NCBI GenBank assembly: GCA_964344385.1
Contig: CAYFNG010000001.1
Span: 621,273 to 685,272, forward strand
DNA from: an uncultured Sneathiellales bacterium
Lineage (GTDB): Bacteria > Pseudomonadota > Alphaproteobacteria > CAYFNG01
Reading direction: 5' to 3'
DNA: 64,000 bases
Shown here: positions 38,731 through 48,483 of the stretch, piece after piece
How positions within the stretch are numbered: position 1 is the stretch's first letter
Layout: each line of letters begins with the position of its first letter
The notes under the pieces: generated by a model
Databases searched by the model: none
What the model saw: the letters and a program-made list of their open reading frames with translations, nothing else
Told to the model about the DNA's origin: nothing
Position numbers and translations under genes: made by a program

Positions 38731-40092
38731 GTGGCAATACGGCACGGCCCCTTGTGGAACCCCGAGGTCGAGACCCTGGACCGCGCGGCGCTCAGCGACC
38801 TGCAGTGGCCGCTCCTGGGCCGGCAGATCCGCTACGTCTATGACCGCAGCGACTTCCATCGGGCGCGCTTCCGCCAGGCCGGCCTGACCCCGGACGACAT
38901 CGTCGATTTCGCAAGCTTCGCCGCCCTTCCCACCATGGACAAGGAGGACCATCGCCGGGCCCAGCAGGAGGCATTGGACCGGGGCCTGGGCGCCCATGCC
39001 CTGCTGGCCTGTGCCAATGATGACGAGATCGTGCGCTTCAACGCGACCTCGGGCACCACCGGCCTGCCCACCCTCTACGCCCTGACCCAACACGACGTCG
39101 ACGTGGTCAACGAAATGCACGCCCGCAAATACTGGCGGGCCGGCATCCGCCCCGGCCAGGCCATGCTGCAGGCCCTCAGCCTCAGCATGTTCACCGGCGG
39201 CCTGCCGCTGAGCCAGGGGATCATGAACCTCGGCGCCGCGGTGATCCCGGTCGGGATCGAGGGCGGCACCAAACGGGTGGTCGAGTTCGCCCGCCTGACC
39301 CGGCCCCAGGCGTTGATCGCCACCCCCAGCTTCGGCCAGCACCTGATCGAGGAATGCCCCAAACTGACCGGCGGACCGGCCAGCGAACTGGGCTTCCGCT
39401 GGTTCTTCTGCGCCGGCGAACCGGGCGGCGGCGAACCCGAGACCCGCACCATCCTGGCCGAGGGCTTCGGCGCCAAGGTGTTCGACCATACCGGCGGCGG
39501 CCACGCCTTTCACGGCATCTCGTGCGACGAGCCGCCGGGCGAATTCAAGGGCATGCACTTCGTCTCCGAGGACCATTGCCTGCTGGAGCTGCAGGACCCG
39601 GAGACCAAGGCGCCCATCGCCATCGCCGACGGCGCGGTCGGCGAGATGATCTGGACCTTCCTCGACTGGCGGGGCGGGCCGTTCCTGCGCTATGCCATGG
39701 GCGATATCGTGCGGATCCGCACCGACCCCTGCACCTGCGGCATGCCGGGCCTGCGCTTCGCGATCATCGGCCGGGCCGACGACATGCTGATCGTCAAGGG
39801 GGTCAACATCTATCCCCAGGCGGTCAAGGCGGTGATCGACGCCTTCTACCCAAGGACCACCGGCGCCTTCCGCATCCGGCTCGACCGGCCGGGGCCGAAA
39901 GTGACCCCGCCGCTCAAGGTTCGGCTGGAGATCGCCGACGGTCTCGACGAGGCCGGCCGCGCCGACCTGGATAGGCAACTCCAGGCCCGGTTCCGCGCCG
40001 ATCTCAGGGTATCGCCGCACCTGGAATGGGTGCCCGCCGGCACCCTGCCGCGGGAGGCGATGAAAACCCGTTATGTGGAGGTCGAGGACTAG
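38731..40092 (+). CDS. phenylacetate-CoA ligase (PaaK)-family adenylate-forming enzyme
   Basis: 453 aa, GTG start behind AGGAGG. P-loop-like TSGTTGLPT and the PaaK/F390-synthetase-like C-terminal domain. Confidence 0.75.
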   Translation: MAIRHGPLWNPEVETLDRAALSDLQWPLLGRQIRYVYDRSDFHRARFRQAGLTPDDIVDFASFAALPTMDKEDHRRAQQEALDRGLGAHALLACANDDEIVRFNATSGTTGLPTLYALTQHDVDVVNEMHARKYWRAGIRPGQAMLQALSLSMFTGGLPLSQGIMNLGAAVIPVGIEGGTKRVVEFARLTRPQALIATPSFGQHLIEECPKLTGGPASELGFRWFFCAGEPGGGEPETRTILAEGFGAKVFDHTGGGHAFHGISCDEPPGEFKGMHFVSEDHCLLELQDPETKAPIAIADGAVGEMIWTFLDWRGGPFLRYAMGDIVRIRTDPCTCGMPGLRFAIIGRADDMLIVKGVNIYPQAVKAVIDAFYPRTTGAFRIRLDRPGPKVTPPLKVRLEIADGLDEAGRADLDRQLQARFRADLRVSPHLEWVPAGTLPREAMKTRYVEVED

Positions 40093-40147
40093 CCCGCATT
40101 TCCTTCGATGTTATGATCCATTGCCAAGGAAGGAGCACGATCTGTCG

Positions 40148-40462
40148 ATGGGCATGTTCGATCATTACATCCCCGACCCGCCGATCCCCTGCCCGGCCTG
40201 CGGCAAGGTGCTGGAAGGCTGGCAGGGCAAGGACGGGCCCAACGCGCTGATGGTCTGGCGGCAGGGCCGCGCGGCGCCGGTCGACCAGGATATCGAGGAT
40301 GAGGAGGTGCGGCTGCTGGACGAGCAATTGGCCCGGTTTCGCCTGCCCGACAGCTTCGTGATCTACGACATGTGCGACTGCCGCCGCGAATGGGTCGAGG
40401 CGGTCGGCACCACCACCGACCAGGTCTGGACCCGGACCGAACTCACCAAGTCCAGCGGTTAG
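40148..40462 (+). CDS. small hypothetical protein with CPAC / CDC zinc-ribbon-like cysteines
   Basis: About 104 aa from ATG 40148 behind AAGGAAGGAG. No recognisable family. Coding status uncertain. Confidence 0.4.
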   Translation: MGMFDHYIPDPPIPCPACGKVLEGWQGKDGPNALMVWRQGRAAPVDQDIEDEEVRLLDEQLARFRLPDSFVIYDMCDCRREWVEAVGTTTDQVWTRTELTKSSG

Positions 40463-41169
40463 CGCGCCTTTTCTTCCTTCCCCGGAACCAGGTTGTTGGC
40501 CAGAATTTCGAGGCGCCCCTTGTCCCGGATCAGCAGCATCCGGCCCTTGCGTTCGATCAGGCCGCTTTGGGTCAGATTGCCGAACACCCGCGCGACGGTT
40601 TCCCGGGTCGTGCCGACCTGGGCGGCGATGGCGTTCTGGGTCGGCAATTGCTTGACCCACCAATGGGACGTGTTGACCGGGTCCGGCGTCGCCAGGCGCA
40701 CGATCTCCAGCATCACTCGCTGCACCGCGCCCAGGGTCGCCAGGTCCATGATCCGTTCGTCGCAGGCCCGGATGATCGATGCGAGCTGCTGCAACAGCGA
40801 GAGCGATATATCCGATTTCGCCAGCAGCATCTCGTGAAAGTCGCGCGGTGACAGGGCCGCCAGACGGCAGCTTTCGTTCGCCACCACATTGGCCGAACGC
40901 GGCTGGCCGTCGACCGCGGCCAGTTCGCCGAAATAGCCGCCCTGCTCGACGACGGCGTAGGCAACCTCGCGGCCCGAGAGCGAAAAATTGACGATGCCGA
41001 CACTGCCTTCGACCACGAAATAGATGTCGCGGTTGTCGCTGTCGCGGCCGAGAATCTGTTCGCCCTTGTCAAAACGGCGCCAGCGGCACCGCCGCTCCAA
41101 TTCCTCAAGATCGCTCGACTGAAGGTTCGAAAGAAGCGCAATCTGGCCCAGTGCGTTCGCGCCCGCCAT
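40459..41169 (-). CDS. Crp/Fnr-family transcriptional regulator (cNMP-binding + HTH)
   Basis: 236 aa. cNMP-binding beta-roll (GGYFGELAAVDGQPRSANVVANESCRLAAL) and C-terminal HTH (QNAIAAQVGTTRETVARVF). Confidence 0.85.
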   Translation of the reverse strand: MAGANALGQIALLSNLQSSDLEELERRCRWRRFDKGEQILGRDSDNRDIYFVVEGSVGIVNFSLSGREVAYAVVEQGGYFGELAAVDGQPRSANVVANESCRLAALSPRDFHEMLLAKSDISLSLLQQLASIIRACDERIMDLATLGAVQRVMLEIVRLATPDPVNTSHWWVKQLPTQNAIAAQVGTTRETVARVFGNLTQSGLIERKGRMLLIRDKGRLEILANNLVPGKEEKAR

Positions 41170-41317
41170 TGACCCTAATCCCCATTACCCTGTTTTGATC
41201 AAGCGCCATTTCATGTTTTTCGGCACGATAGCATGGGCGCGGACCGGACGCACCCACCATCCGGGGTAGCAGGCCGGGGTAGCACGATTTCCGGGACCCG
41301 ATGACCGCCGCCCGAAG

Positions 41318-43669
41318 CTATTTCGAGCGGGCCACGTAAACCGCGTCCCAGTCCCGGGGCGGCGGGTCCGAGCGCAGCTCAGTGATTCGCGATTGGTACA
41401 GGGCATAGGTCTTGGCAAGGTAGGTCCCGTCCCGATCCTGAAGGTCCGAGCGCAACAAGTGCTCTGCCTTGTCCCAGTCCTGGGCCCGGTAGGCCGCCAG
41501 CAAATCGGTATGCGCCTGGTGCTGTTGCCGGTAGGTGTCGGTCGCCGTCAGTTCGGGAGACCCGACCAGGCCATAGATCCGCACCGGTACTTTCTTGCCG
41601 ACGACGCGGATCAAATCCAACTCCAACGCGGCGACGTCGGATGCCTTCTGAAACGTCGTCTCACCAACCACGATCGGGCAGGCGTAGGTCTTGCCCTGGG
41701 CCTCCAGCCGCGACGCCAGATTGACGCTGTCGCCGAGAACCGAATAATCGAAGCGTTGTTCCGATCCCATATTGCCGACGCAGCAGATGCCGGTGTTGAT
41801 GCCGATGCCGACCGAAAGGCCGGTCTGTTGGCCGTCCTTCCAGAACGCCTCCTCGTGCAGCACGCGGTTCAGATCGGCCATCGCGCCCTGCATTTCCAGG
41901 GCCGCGAGACAAGCGTTCCTGGCATGGTCAGCATCGGAAAGCGGTGCATTCCAGAACGCCATGATGCAGTCGCCGATATACTTGTCGACGGTCCCCTGCC
42001 GTTTGTGGATGACGTCGGTCAGCGGCGTGAAGATCCGGTTGACCAGGTTGACCAGGTCCTCTGGGTCCAGGTTCTCGGAGATCGAGGTAAAGCCGCGCAC
42101 GTCGCAGAACATGACGGTGATTTCGCGGTTTTCCCCGCCCAGCCGCAAACGGCTGGGATCCTCGACCAGGCGGTCGACCATTTGCGGCGCCAGATAGTGC
42201 GAGAACGCCGAACGGATGCGGGACCGGGTCCTTTCCTCGTCGACATATTTCACATAGGCCAGGTAGACATAGAGCAGGAACGTCGCGACCGCTGCATAGG
42301 TGGCGTCGATCAACACGCCCTTGGCGGAAAACAGCCACCACGACCCGCCGAACAGCCCGATGGTCAAAAAGACCGAGATCGCCAGGGTCCATTTGGCTGA
42401 GGCGAAATGCATCAACAGGGCGACCAGCGCCAGGCTGGCGATCACCACCAGAAGCTCGATCGTGGTGGCGATACGGGGGCGCTGCAGCAGGTTCTGGCTG
42501 ACGATCGCTTCCAGGACCTGGGCGTGGACTTCCACCCCCGGCAAGGCGCCGCTGACCGGTGTCGGGGCAAAGTCGCTCAGGCCTGAGGCGCTCGAGCCAA
42601 CCACCACGATGCGGCCGGCAAGCCGGTTGGCCGGCACCTGCCCGGCCAATATGTCCTTGGCCGACACGAAGCGCGAACGGTCATGGCGTGAATAGTGGAC
42701 CAGCAAGCGGCCATGTTCGTCGGTTGGCACGAAGGTCTGCCCGACGATCAGGCCGGCAACGCCGGCGGCGTCGGACTTCACCACCAGGGTCTTGGCCCCG
42801 GTGGCGACAGTCAGAGCGCTGATCGCCAGGGACGGCAGGATCTGGTCGCCGACCCGGACCACGCCCGGCAGCCGACGGACGACGCCGTCGCTTTCCGGCA
42901 GCAAGGTAAACACCCCGAGGCCGGACGCCGCGCCCTCCAGCACCGCGATGTTGCGAACCGCATCGGCATAGTTGAAAAGGAACCGGGTCGGGTCGCCGCC
43001 CAGCTTGCCGATCGCAATGCCGGATATCGGTTTTGCGTCCCCGGACTCCGAAACCTGCCGCTCGAGCAGGGCCTGGCCCAGCACCACCCGCCAGCCCTTG
43101 ATCGCATCGGCGAACAGCGCGTCATTGTCGGGCAGTTCGGCAATCCGCGCCGCCAACGCGTCGTCGCTGCGGACCAACGACCGGGCCAGCAAGTCCGGCG
43201 ACATCCGGTCGGGTTCGGGGAACAGCATGTCGAAGGCAATGGCCGCCGGCTGCATCGCCGCGATCCGGTTGGTCAGGTCCGCCAGCACATTGCGTGGCCA
43301 GGGCCATTGCCCGGTGGCCGCCAGGCTCTCCTCGTCGACATCGACGATCGCCACGGGCAGTTCCTTGACCGGCTGCGGCGCCATCCATTGGTAAAGGTCG
43401 AACATGCGCAACCGTCCGAACTCGACGAAGAACGGGTCGAGATAGCGAATGCCGACGATCACGATGACCAGGATCAGGGTGAAGGATTGGGACCGGGACA
43501 GCGGTGCGAACCATTTCTTGGTGGCGTTCACGGTTGCCGCCCCGGCATTGGGCGCAAAAGCGGCCGTGGTGCCGCCGTCCCCGCGACGGACGGCGACGGG
43601 CCGCGTTGGTGATTGGATTGCTCGCCCGACTGCATGACCGAACTCTATGCGATTCTTGTAACCTGTCAA
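41318..43669 (-). CDS. membrane adenylate/guanylate cyclase with CHASE2 sensor domain (class III cyclase)
   Basis: 783 aa. N-terminal TM + CHASE2-like periplasmic region, TM cluster, then cyclase domain (VMFCDVRGFTSISE ... KYIGDCIMAFWNAP ... GINTGICCVGNMGS). Start codon uncertain (TTG). Confidence 0.8.
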   Translation of the reverse strand: MTGYKNRIEFGHAVGRAIQSPTRPVAVRRGDGGTTAAFAPNAGAATVNATKKWFAPLSRSQSFTLILVIVIVGIRYLDPFFVEFGRLRMFDLYQWMAPQPVKELPVAIVDVDEESLAATGQWPWPRNVLADLTNRIAAMQPAAIAFDMLFPEPDRMSPDLLARSLVRSDDALAARIAELPDNDALFADAIKGWRVVLGQALLERQVSESGDAKPISGIAIGKLGGDPTRFLFNYADAVRNIAVLEGAASGLGVFTLLPESDGVVRRLPGVVRVGDQILPSLAISALTVATGAKTLVVKSDAAGVAGLIVGQTFVPTDEHGRLLVHYSRHDRSRFVSAKDILAGQVPANRLAGRIVVVGSSASGLSDFAPTPVSGALPGVEVHAQVLEAIVSQNLLQRPRIATTIELLVVIASLALVALLMHFASAKWTLAISVFLTIGLFGGSWWLFSAKGVLIDATYAAVATFLLYVYLAYVKYVDEERTRSRIRSAFSHYLAPQMVDRLVEDPSRLRLGGENREITVMFCDVRGFTSISENLDPEDLVNLVNRIFTPLTDVIHKRQGTVDKYIGDCIMAFWNAPLSDADHARNACLAALEMQGAMADLNRVLHEEAFWKDGQQTGLSVGIGINTGICCVGNMGSEQRFDYSVLGDSVNLASRLEAQGKTYACPIVVGETTFQKASDVAALELDLIRVVGKKVPVRIYGLVGSPELTATDTYRQQHQAHTDLLAAYRAQDWDKAEHLLRSDLQDRDGTYLAKTYALYQSRITELRSDPPPRDWDAVYVARSK

Positions 43670-43720
43670 TTATCACTGTAGATTCAGCCGCCCGTAGATA
43701 TGTAAAGACCAAGTTTAACC

Positions 43721-45481
43721 ATGGCCGGCAACAAATACTTCAATCCAGACACTAATGGACCCAAGTCAAAGAACTGGCTGAAGGAAATAGTTCGCCCGCT
43801 AAGGCGCAGCTATTTCGAATTGATCCTGTTGTCGGCCGCAGTCAACATCATCGCCCTGGCGGTGCCGGTGTTCGTGCTTCAGGTTTACGACCGGGTGGTG
43901 TTCCACGCCGGGGTCTCGACCCTGCAGGGCCTGGTGATCGGCCTTTGCATCGCCCTGCTGTTCGACTTCATCCTGCGCCAGGCCCGCAGCCGCCTGTTGC
44001 AGCGAACCGCGATGCGCATCGATATCGGGTTCGGCAAGGCCCTGTTCGCCAAACTGACCTCGCTCACGCTGCGCGACCTGGAACGGGTGGCGACCGGGCA
44101 ATACGTTTCGCTGTTCCGCGACGCCGACGTGATCCGCAACACCTATTCGGGCGCCTCGGCCCTGCTGCTGGTCGACCTGCCCTTTGTCGTCCTGTTCGCC
44201 ATCGCGATCTTCCTGATCGCCGAGCCGGTTGCCTGGGTGGTCGCGATCCTTATCCCGATCTTTCTCGTGGTGTCGGCGCTGTCGGCCACGCGCATCGGCG
44301 CCGCCAACCAACAGGAACGGCAGGCGCTGTTGGACCGGGACGCGCGGGTGCACGAAATCATCGCCGGGCGCAACACCCTCAAGGCCCTGGCGCTGGACGA
44401 AGCCCTGCGCCCGGAATGGGACGACCTGCACGCGCAAGCGATTGAAAGCAGCCTGCGCCGCGGCGCCCGGGCCGACACGTTCGTCAATATCGGGACCGGA
44501 CTGGCGATGTTTTCGACGGTCGCGGTGACCACGGTCGGCGCCCTGGCGATCATCGAACAGCAACTGACCATCGGCGCGTTGATCGCGGCCAATATCCTGG
44601 TCGGCCGCATTGTCGGACCGATGAACCAGTTGCTGGGCAATTGGCGCAACTTCGCCAACCATCGCGGCGCCATGCAGCGGCTGAACGAGTTTCTGGCGCT
44701 GCGCGGCGAAACCAACAGGGACGAGGTCGATTTGGGCCGCGCCAGGGGCGATATCGACCTGGAAACTGCATCCTTTTCGTTCGGCCCGAGCGAGCGCAAG
44801 GTGCTGAACAATGTCAGCCTGTCGTTCCGCCCCGGTGGCCTGACCGTCATCCTGGGCAACAATGGCAGCGGCAAGACGACCTTGCTGAAGCTGGCCCGCG
44901 GCCTCTACCCGCCGGACAAGGGCCGGGTTTTGCTGGACGGCGCCGACACCAGCCAGTTCAGCAACCGGACCCTGGCCCGCAATATCGGCTATGTTCCCCA
45001 GGAATTGCAGCTGTTCGCCGCGTCGATCCGCTACAACATCGCCATTGCCGACCCGGAAGCGTCCGACGACCGCATCGTCAGGGCGGCGCAACTGGCCGGC
45101 ATCCACCAACAGATCATCGACCTGCCCGACGGCTACGACACCGATATCGGCGAACACGGCAACCGCCTGTCCGGCGGCCAGCGCCAGCGCATCGCGATAG
45201 CCCGGGCGATGCTCAGGGATCCGCCGGTGCTGTTGCTGGACGAGCCGACGGTCGGGTTGGACCGGGATGCGGAAATGGCGCTGTTGGCCGTGCTGGTTCC
45301 GATGGCCAAGGAACGCACCGTGGTGGTCGCGTCGCACAGCCAGATGGTGGTGTCGAACAGCAATCGGGTCGTGGTCCTGGCCGGTGGGCGGGTGGTCGCC
45401 AATGGCCCGACCGCCGATGTCGCGAGGCAATTGAACCAGCAAACCGCGTCGCCGGTGAATACGGCGCCGACGGAGGAATAG
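43721..45481 (+). CDS. type I secretion system permease/ATPase (PrtD/HasD family ABC exporter, no C39 domain)
   Basis: 586 aa. N-terminal TMD, Walker A GNNGSGKTT, signature LSGGQRQRIAIARA and Walker B LLLDEPTVGLD. Confidence 0.9.
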   Translation: MAGNKYFNPDTNGPKSKNWLKEIVRPLRRSYFELILLSAAVNIIALAVPVFVLQVYDRVVFHAGVSTLQGLVIGLCIALLFDFILRQARSRLLQRTAMRIDIGFGKALFAKLTSLTLRDLERVATGQYVSLFRDADVIRNTYSGASALLLVDLPFVVLFAIAIFLIAEPVAWVVAILIPIFLVVSALSATRIGAANQQERQALLDRDARVHEIIAGRNTLKALALDEALRPEWDDLHAQAIESSLRRGARADTFVNIGTGLAMFSTVAVTTVGALAIIEQQLTIGALIAANILVGRIVGPMNQLLGNWRNFANHRGAMQRLNEFLALRGETNRDEVDLGRARGDIDLETASFSFGPSERKVLNNVSLSFRPGGLTVILGNNGSGKTTLLKLARGLYPPDKGRVLLDGADTSQFSNRTLARNIGYVPQELQLFAASIRYNIAIADPEASDDRIVRAAQLAGIHQQIIDLPDGYDTDIGEHGNRLSGGQRQRIAIARAMLRDPPVLLLDEPTVGLDRDAEMALLAVLVPMAKERTVVVASHSQMVVSNSNRVVVLAGGRVVANGPTADVARQLNQQTASPVNTAPTEE

Positions 45482-45482
45482 C

Positions 45483-46772
45483 ATGTCCTCGCTGGATCAG
45501 CTCGCCGAACGGTTTCCCTTGCCAAGCTGGCGCGGAATAGCCTGGCTGGTGGTGGTTCTCATCGCGGCTTTCCTGGTCTGGGCCCGGTTTGCCGAACTGG
45601 ACGAAGTGACGGTGATTTCCGGCCAGGTCATCCCCGCCGGCCAGGTCCGGACGATCCAACACCTTGAAGGCGGCCTGATCGAACAGATCCGGGTGGCGGA
45701 AGGGGATGCGGTCGAAAAGGGCCAGGAACTGGTCCACCTGTCCCTGGCCGCGACCAGCCTCAACCTCGACGAAATCCAGGTCCTGAAGGACGGCCTGCTG
45801 CTGCGGCGCGCCCGTTTGAAGACCGAGGCGTTTGGCGGCGAACTGGCCTTTCCCGAAGCCGAGGCCGAGCGCCTGGCCGATGTCGCCTTTACCGAACGGA
45901 AGATCTACGAGGAACGCCGCAGCGAACGCGACACGCGCCGCAAAGCGCTGCAGGCCAAGGCCAGGCAAAGCGAATTGCAGATCGAGGAGTTGCGGACCCA
46001 GATATCGGCGACCGGCGTCAATCTGGGCCTGGCGCGGCAACGGTTTGCGCTGGCCGACGATTTGCTGAAATCCGGTCTGATCCCCAAGCTGGAACATCTG
46101 TCGCTGTCCAGCGACGTGAAAAAGCTGGAAGGCGAACTGGCCATACTGGAAAAGGCAATGCCGCGCGCCCGTGCCGCGCTGCACGAGATCCGCCAGTCGA
46201 TCAAGGAGGACGGGTTCAAATTCACCCGCCAGGCGCGGGAGGAATTGGCGGAACTGGAAATCCGCATTGCCCGTGCCGACAAGCAATTGTCGGAAGCCGA
46301 GAGCCAGAACCGGCGCACCATCATTCGCAGCCCGATCGACGGTGTGGTCAAGAACCTGCAGCATCACACCATTGGCGGCGTGGTACGGGCCGGCGACCCG
46401 ATCATGGAAATCGTGCCGTTGCGCGAGAAGCTGGTTGTCGAAGGACAGTTACCGCCGGCCGACCGCGGCTATGTCGAGCTTGGCCAGAAGGCGATCGTGA
46501 AGGTTTCGGCCTATGATTTCACCCGCTATGGCGGGTTGGACGGCAAGGTCGTCTCAATCGCCGCCGACACCAGCGTCAACCGTCAGGGCGAAGCCCATTA
46601 CCGGATCGTCGTCGAGACCGAAAAAGGCCATATCGGGGACGAATCAGAGGCCCTGGCGATATCACCGGGCATGGAGGCGATGGTGGATATCCATTCGGGC
46701 AAACGGACCGTGTTCGAATATCTGATCACTCCGGTCCTGAAGCTGAAGCACGAAGCGTTCCGCGAACGCTAA
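45483..46772 (+). CDS. HlyD-family type I secretion periplasmic adaptor (membrane fusion protein)
   Basis: 429 aa. N-terminal TM, long coiled-coil and C-terminal beta domain. Starts 2 nt after the ABC gene. Confidence 0.9.
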   Translation: MSSLDQLAERFPLPSWRGIAWLVVVLIAAFLVWARFAELDEVTVISGQVIPAGQVRTIQHLEGGLIEQIRVAEGDAVEKGQELVHLSLAATSLNLDEIQVLKDGLLLRRARLKTEAFGGELAFPEAEAERLADVAFTERKIYEERRSERDTRRKALQAKARQSELQIEELRTQISATGVNLGLARQRFALADDLLKSGLIPKLEHLSLSSDVKKLEGELAILEKAMPRARAALHEIRQSIKEDGFKFTRQAREELAELEIRIARADKQLSEAESQNRRTIIRSPIDGVVKNLQHHTIGGVVRAGDPIMEIVPLREKLVVEGQLPPADRGYVELGQKAIVKVSAYDFTRYGGLDGKVVSIAADTSVNRQGEAHYRIVVETEKGHIGDESEALAISPGMEAMVDIHSGKRTVFEYLITPVLKLKHEAFRER

Positions 46773-46779
46773 AATTTTT

Positions 46780-48483
46780 TCAGCGGCCTTGCAGCACTGC
46801 GGGATCGACCTGGCTCAGCCTGAGGAAGGCGCGAGCCCGGTCCCAGGCATTGGTCATTGCCGCGGTGGCGGCCAGTGATTGGCTGACGATCTGCCCGGCA
46901 TCGTGCCGTCGGCCGGTCGACAGCAGAAAATCCACCCTGTCGAGCTGCAAGTCCACCCGGTCCGACGCCGCCGAGACCCGGCCGATGGCGAGTTCGGCCA
47001 GCCTTTGGTGGCGGATCCGAGGCGCCTGCGCGGCCGCATCCGGCCAATGGTCGGCCAGGTGAAAATAGGCCCTGGCTCGCACCTTCGGATCGGCGATCAG
47101 GGCCGCCGCCTCGCCGGCCCGCTGGCGTGCGCCAACCGTCAAAAAGGCTTCCGCCAGCCTGGCCAACGCCACCGAGCGGGCGAAATCGTCTTGGATCCGG
47201 GCGATCGAAACGTCGATGTCATCCAGATAGGCTGCCGCCACATCGCCCTGTCCGGCCTGGGCGTGTGCAAGGGCAATCGCGATCGCCAGCGGCGCCCGGT
47301 ATCTGGGTTCGGGCACCAGGGCCGCCTGTTCACGGGCCGCCGCCAACTGTCCGGACTTCATCAGGGACTCGGCCACCGCAATGCGTATACCGCGTCGCGC
47401 CGATGCCTGGCCCAGCTTGGACAGCATCGGTATCGCCCGTCGATGATGCCCGGTACGGGCCCAGAACTCGGCCATTGCAGTGTCCAGTTCGCCAACGTCG
47501 GAAACGGCCTGTGAATCCCGATGGACGTCCTCGGCCCGGCGCAAACAGGCCTTGCCCGCCTCTTGGAAGCCGGCGGCCGACAGTTGCTGCCCCAAATCGG
47601 CCAGGATCCGGATCTGGCTGGTCGCGTCCAGGCTGGTCGCCAGGCTGTCAAAGACCAACTGCAGCAAGTCCCACGCCGCCGGTTTCCTGTCGCGCCGCGC
47701 CATCGCCACAGCGATTTCGCCAAAGGCGCCAAGGCGCTGTACCGCGGCGGGGATATTGTCGGCAATGTCCCGTGCCTTCGTGAAGCGCCCGGACCGGGCG
47801 TGGGCCGCCGCAATCTCCCGCAGGCCGTTGAGGACCAGCCTGGGGTCTTCGATGGCATTCAAGGTCTGCTTTGCCTGACCAGTGTCGCCGGCCGCCTGGG
47901 CAACCGCGATTTCGCCCAGCAGCCAGTCGCGAAACCTTGCATCCTTGATCCCGGCGACATTCGCCAGCGCGCCCTGCGACAGGCAGCGCACGGTTGGCGC
48001 GGCCAGGCAGGGCCGAGCAGCGAACCGCCGCCGGGCGTCCGCCAACAGGCTGGTCGGTTGCAGCAATTGGCGGGTTTCCGGATTTGAACGCAAGGCTGAA
48101 CGGGCGGCCACTTTCTGTCGCTTTGTCGCCCGGTCCAGCCGCTGCTGGACTTCGGGAAACGCCGCGGCGGCCTGCAATCGTTCGACGAAGGCCTGGTCGA
48201 TACCACTGTCCAGCGGCAAACCCGATTGCACCTGGAACTGTCGAATGGCATCCGCTGTTTCCGGTGACATCCGGCCGTCCAGCGCGCCCTGGTAATAGCC
48301 GATCCGGGCCAGCAATTCCTGGACCCGCAACACCAGACTGGAGGGCAGATAGCGGTTGTCGTCGATGCCGGCCTGGCTCGACGCCCGCGCCAGGACAATG
48401 TGCTGGCCGGCCATGGCGCCAGCCAGCAAGGCCAAGGCCGCCAGAATCAGAACATGTCGCCGCAACAGGGTCCGAACGATCAT
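46780..48483 (-). CDS. peptidoglycan-binding-domain (PG_binding_1) protein with long alpha-helical (TPR/HEAT-like) repeat region
   Basis: 567 aa. N-terminal hydrophobic segment. PG-binding motif LVLRVQELLARIGYYQGALDGRMSPETADAIRQFQVQSGLPLDSG. The rest is Ala/Arg/Leu-rich and helical. Confidence 0.7.
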   Translation of the reverse strand: MIVRTLLRRHVLILAALALLAGAMAGQHIVLARASSQAGIDDNRYLPSSLVLRVQELLARIGYYQGALDGRMSPETADAIRQFQVQSGLPLDSGIDQAFVERLQAAAAFPEVQQRLDRATKRQKVAARSALRSNPETRQLLQPTSLLADARRRFAARPCLAAPTVRCLSQGALANVAGIKDARFRDWLLGEIAVAQAAGDTGQAKQTLNAIEDPRLVLNGLREIAAAHARSGRFTKARDIADNIPAAVQRLGAFGEIAVAMARRDRKPAAWDLLQLVFDSLATSLDATSQIRILADLGQQLSAAGFQEAGKACLRRAEDVHRDSQAVSDVGELDTAMAEFWARTGHHRRAIPMLSKLGQASARRGIRIAVAESLMKSGQLAAAREQAALVPEPRYRAPLAIAIALAHAQAGQGDVAAAYLDDIDVSIARIQDDFARSVALARLAEAFLTVGARQRAGEAAALIADPKVRARAYFHLADHWPDAAAQAPRIRHQRLAELAIGRVSAASDRVDLQLDRVDFLLSTGRRHDAGQIVSQSLAATAAMTNAWDRARAFLRLSQVDPAVLQGR

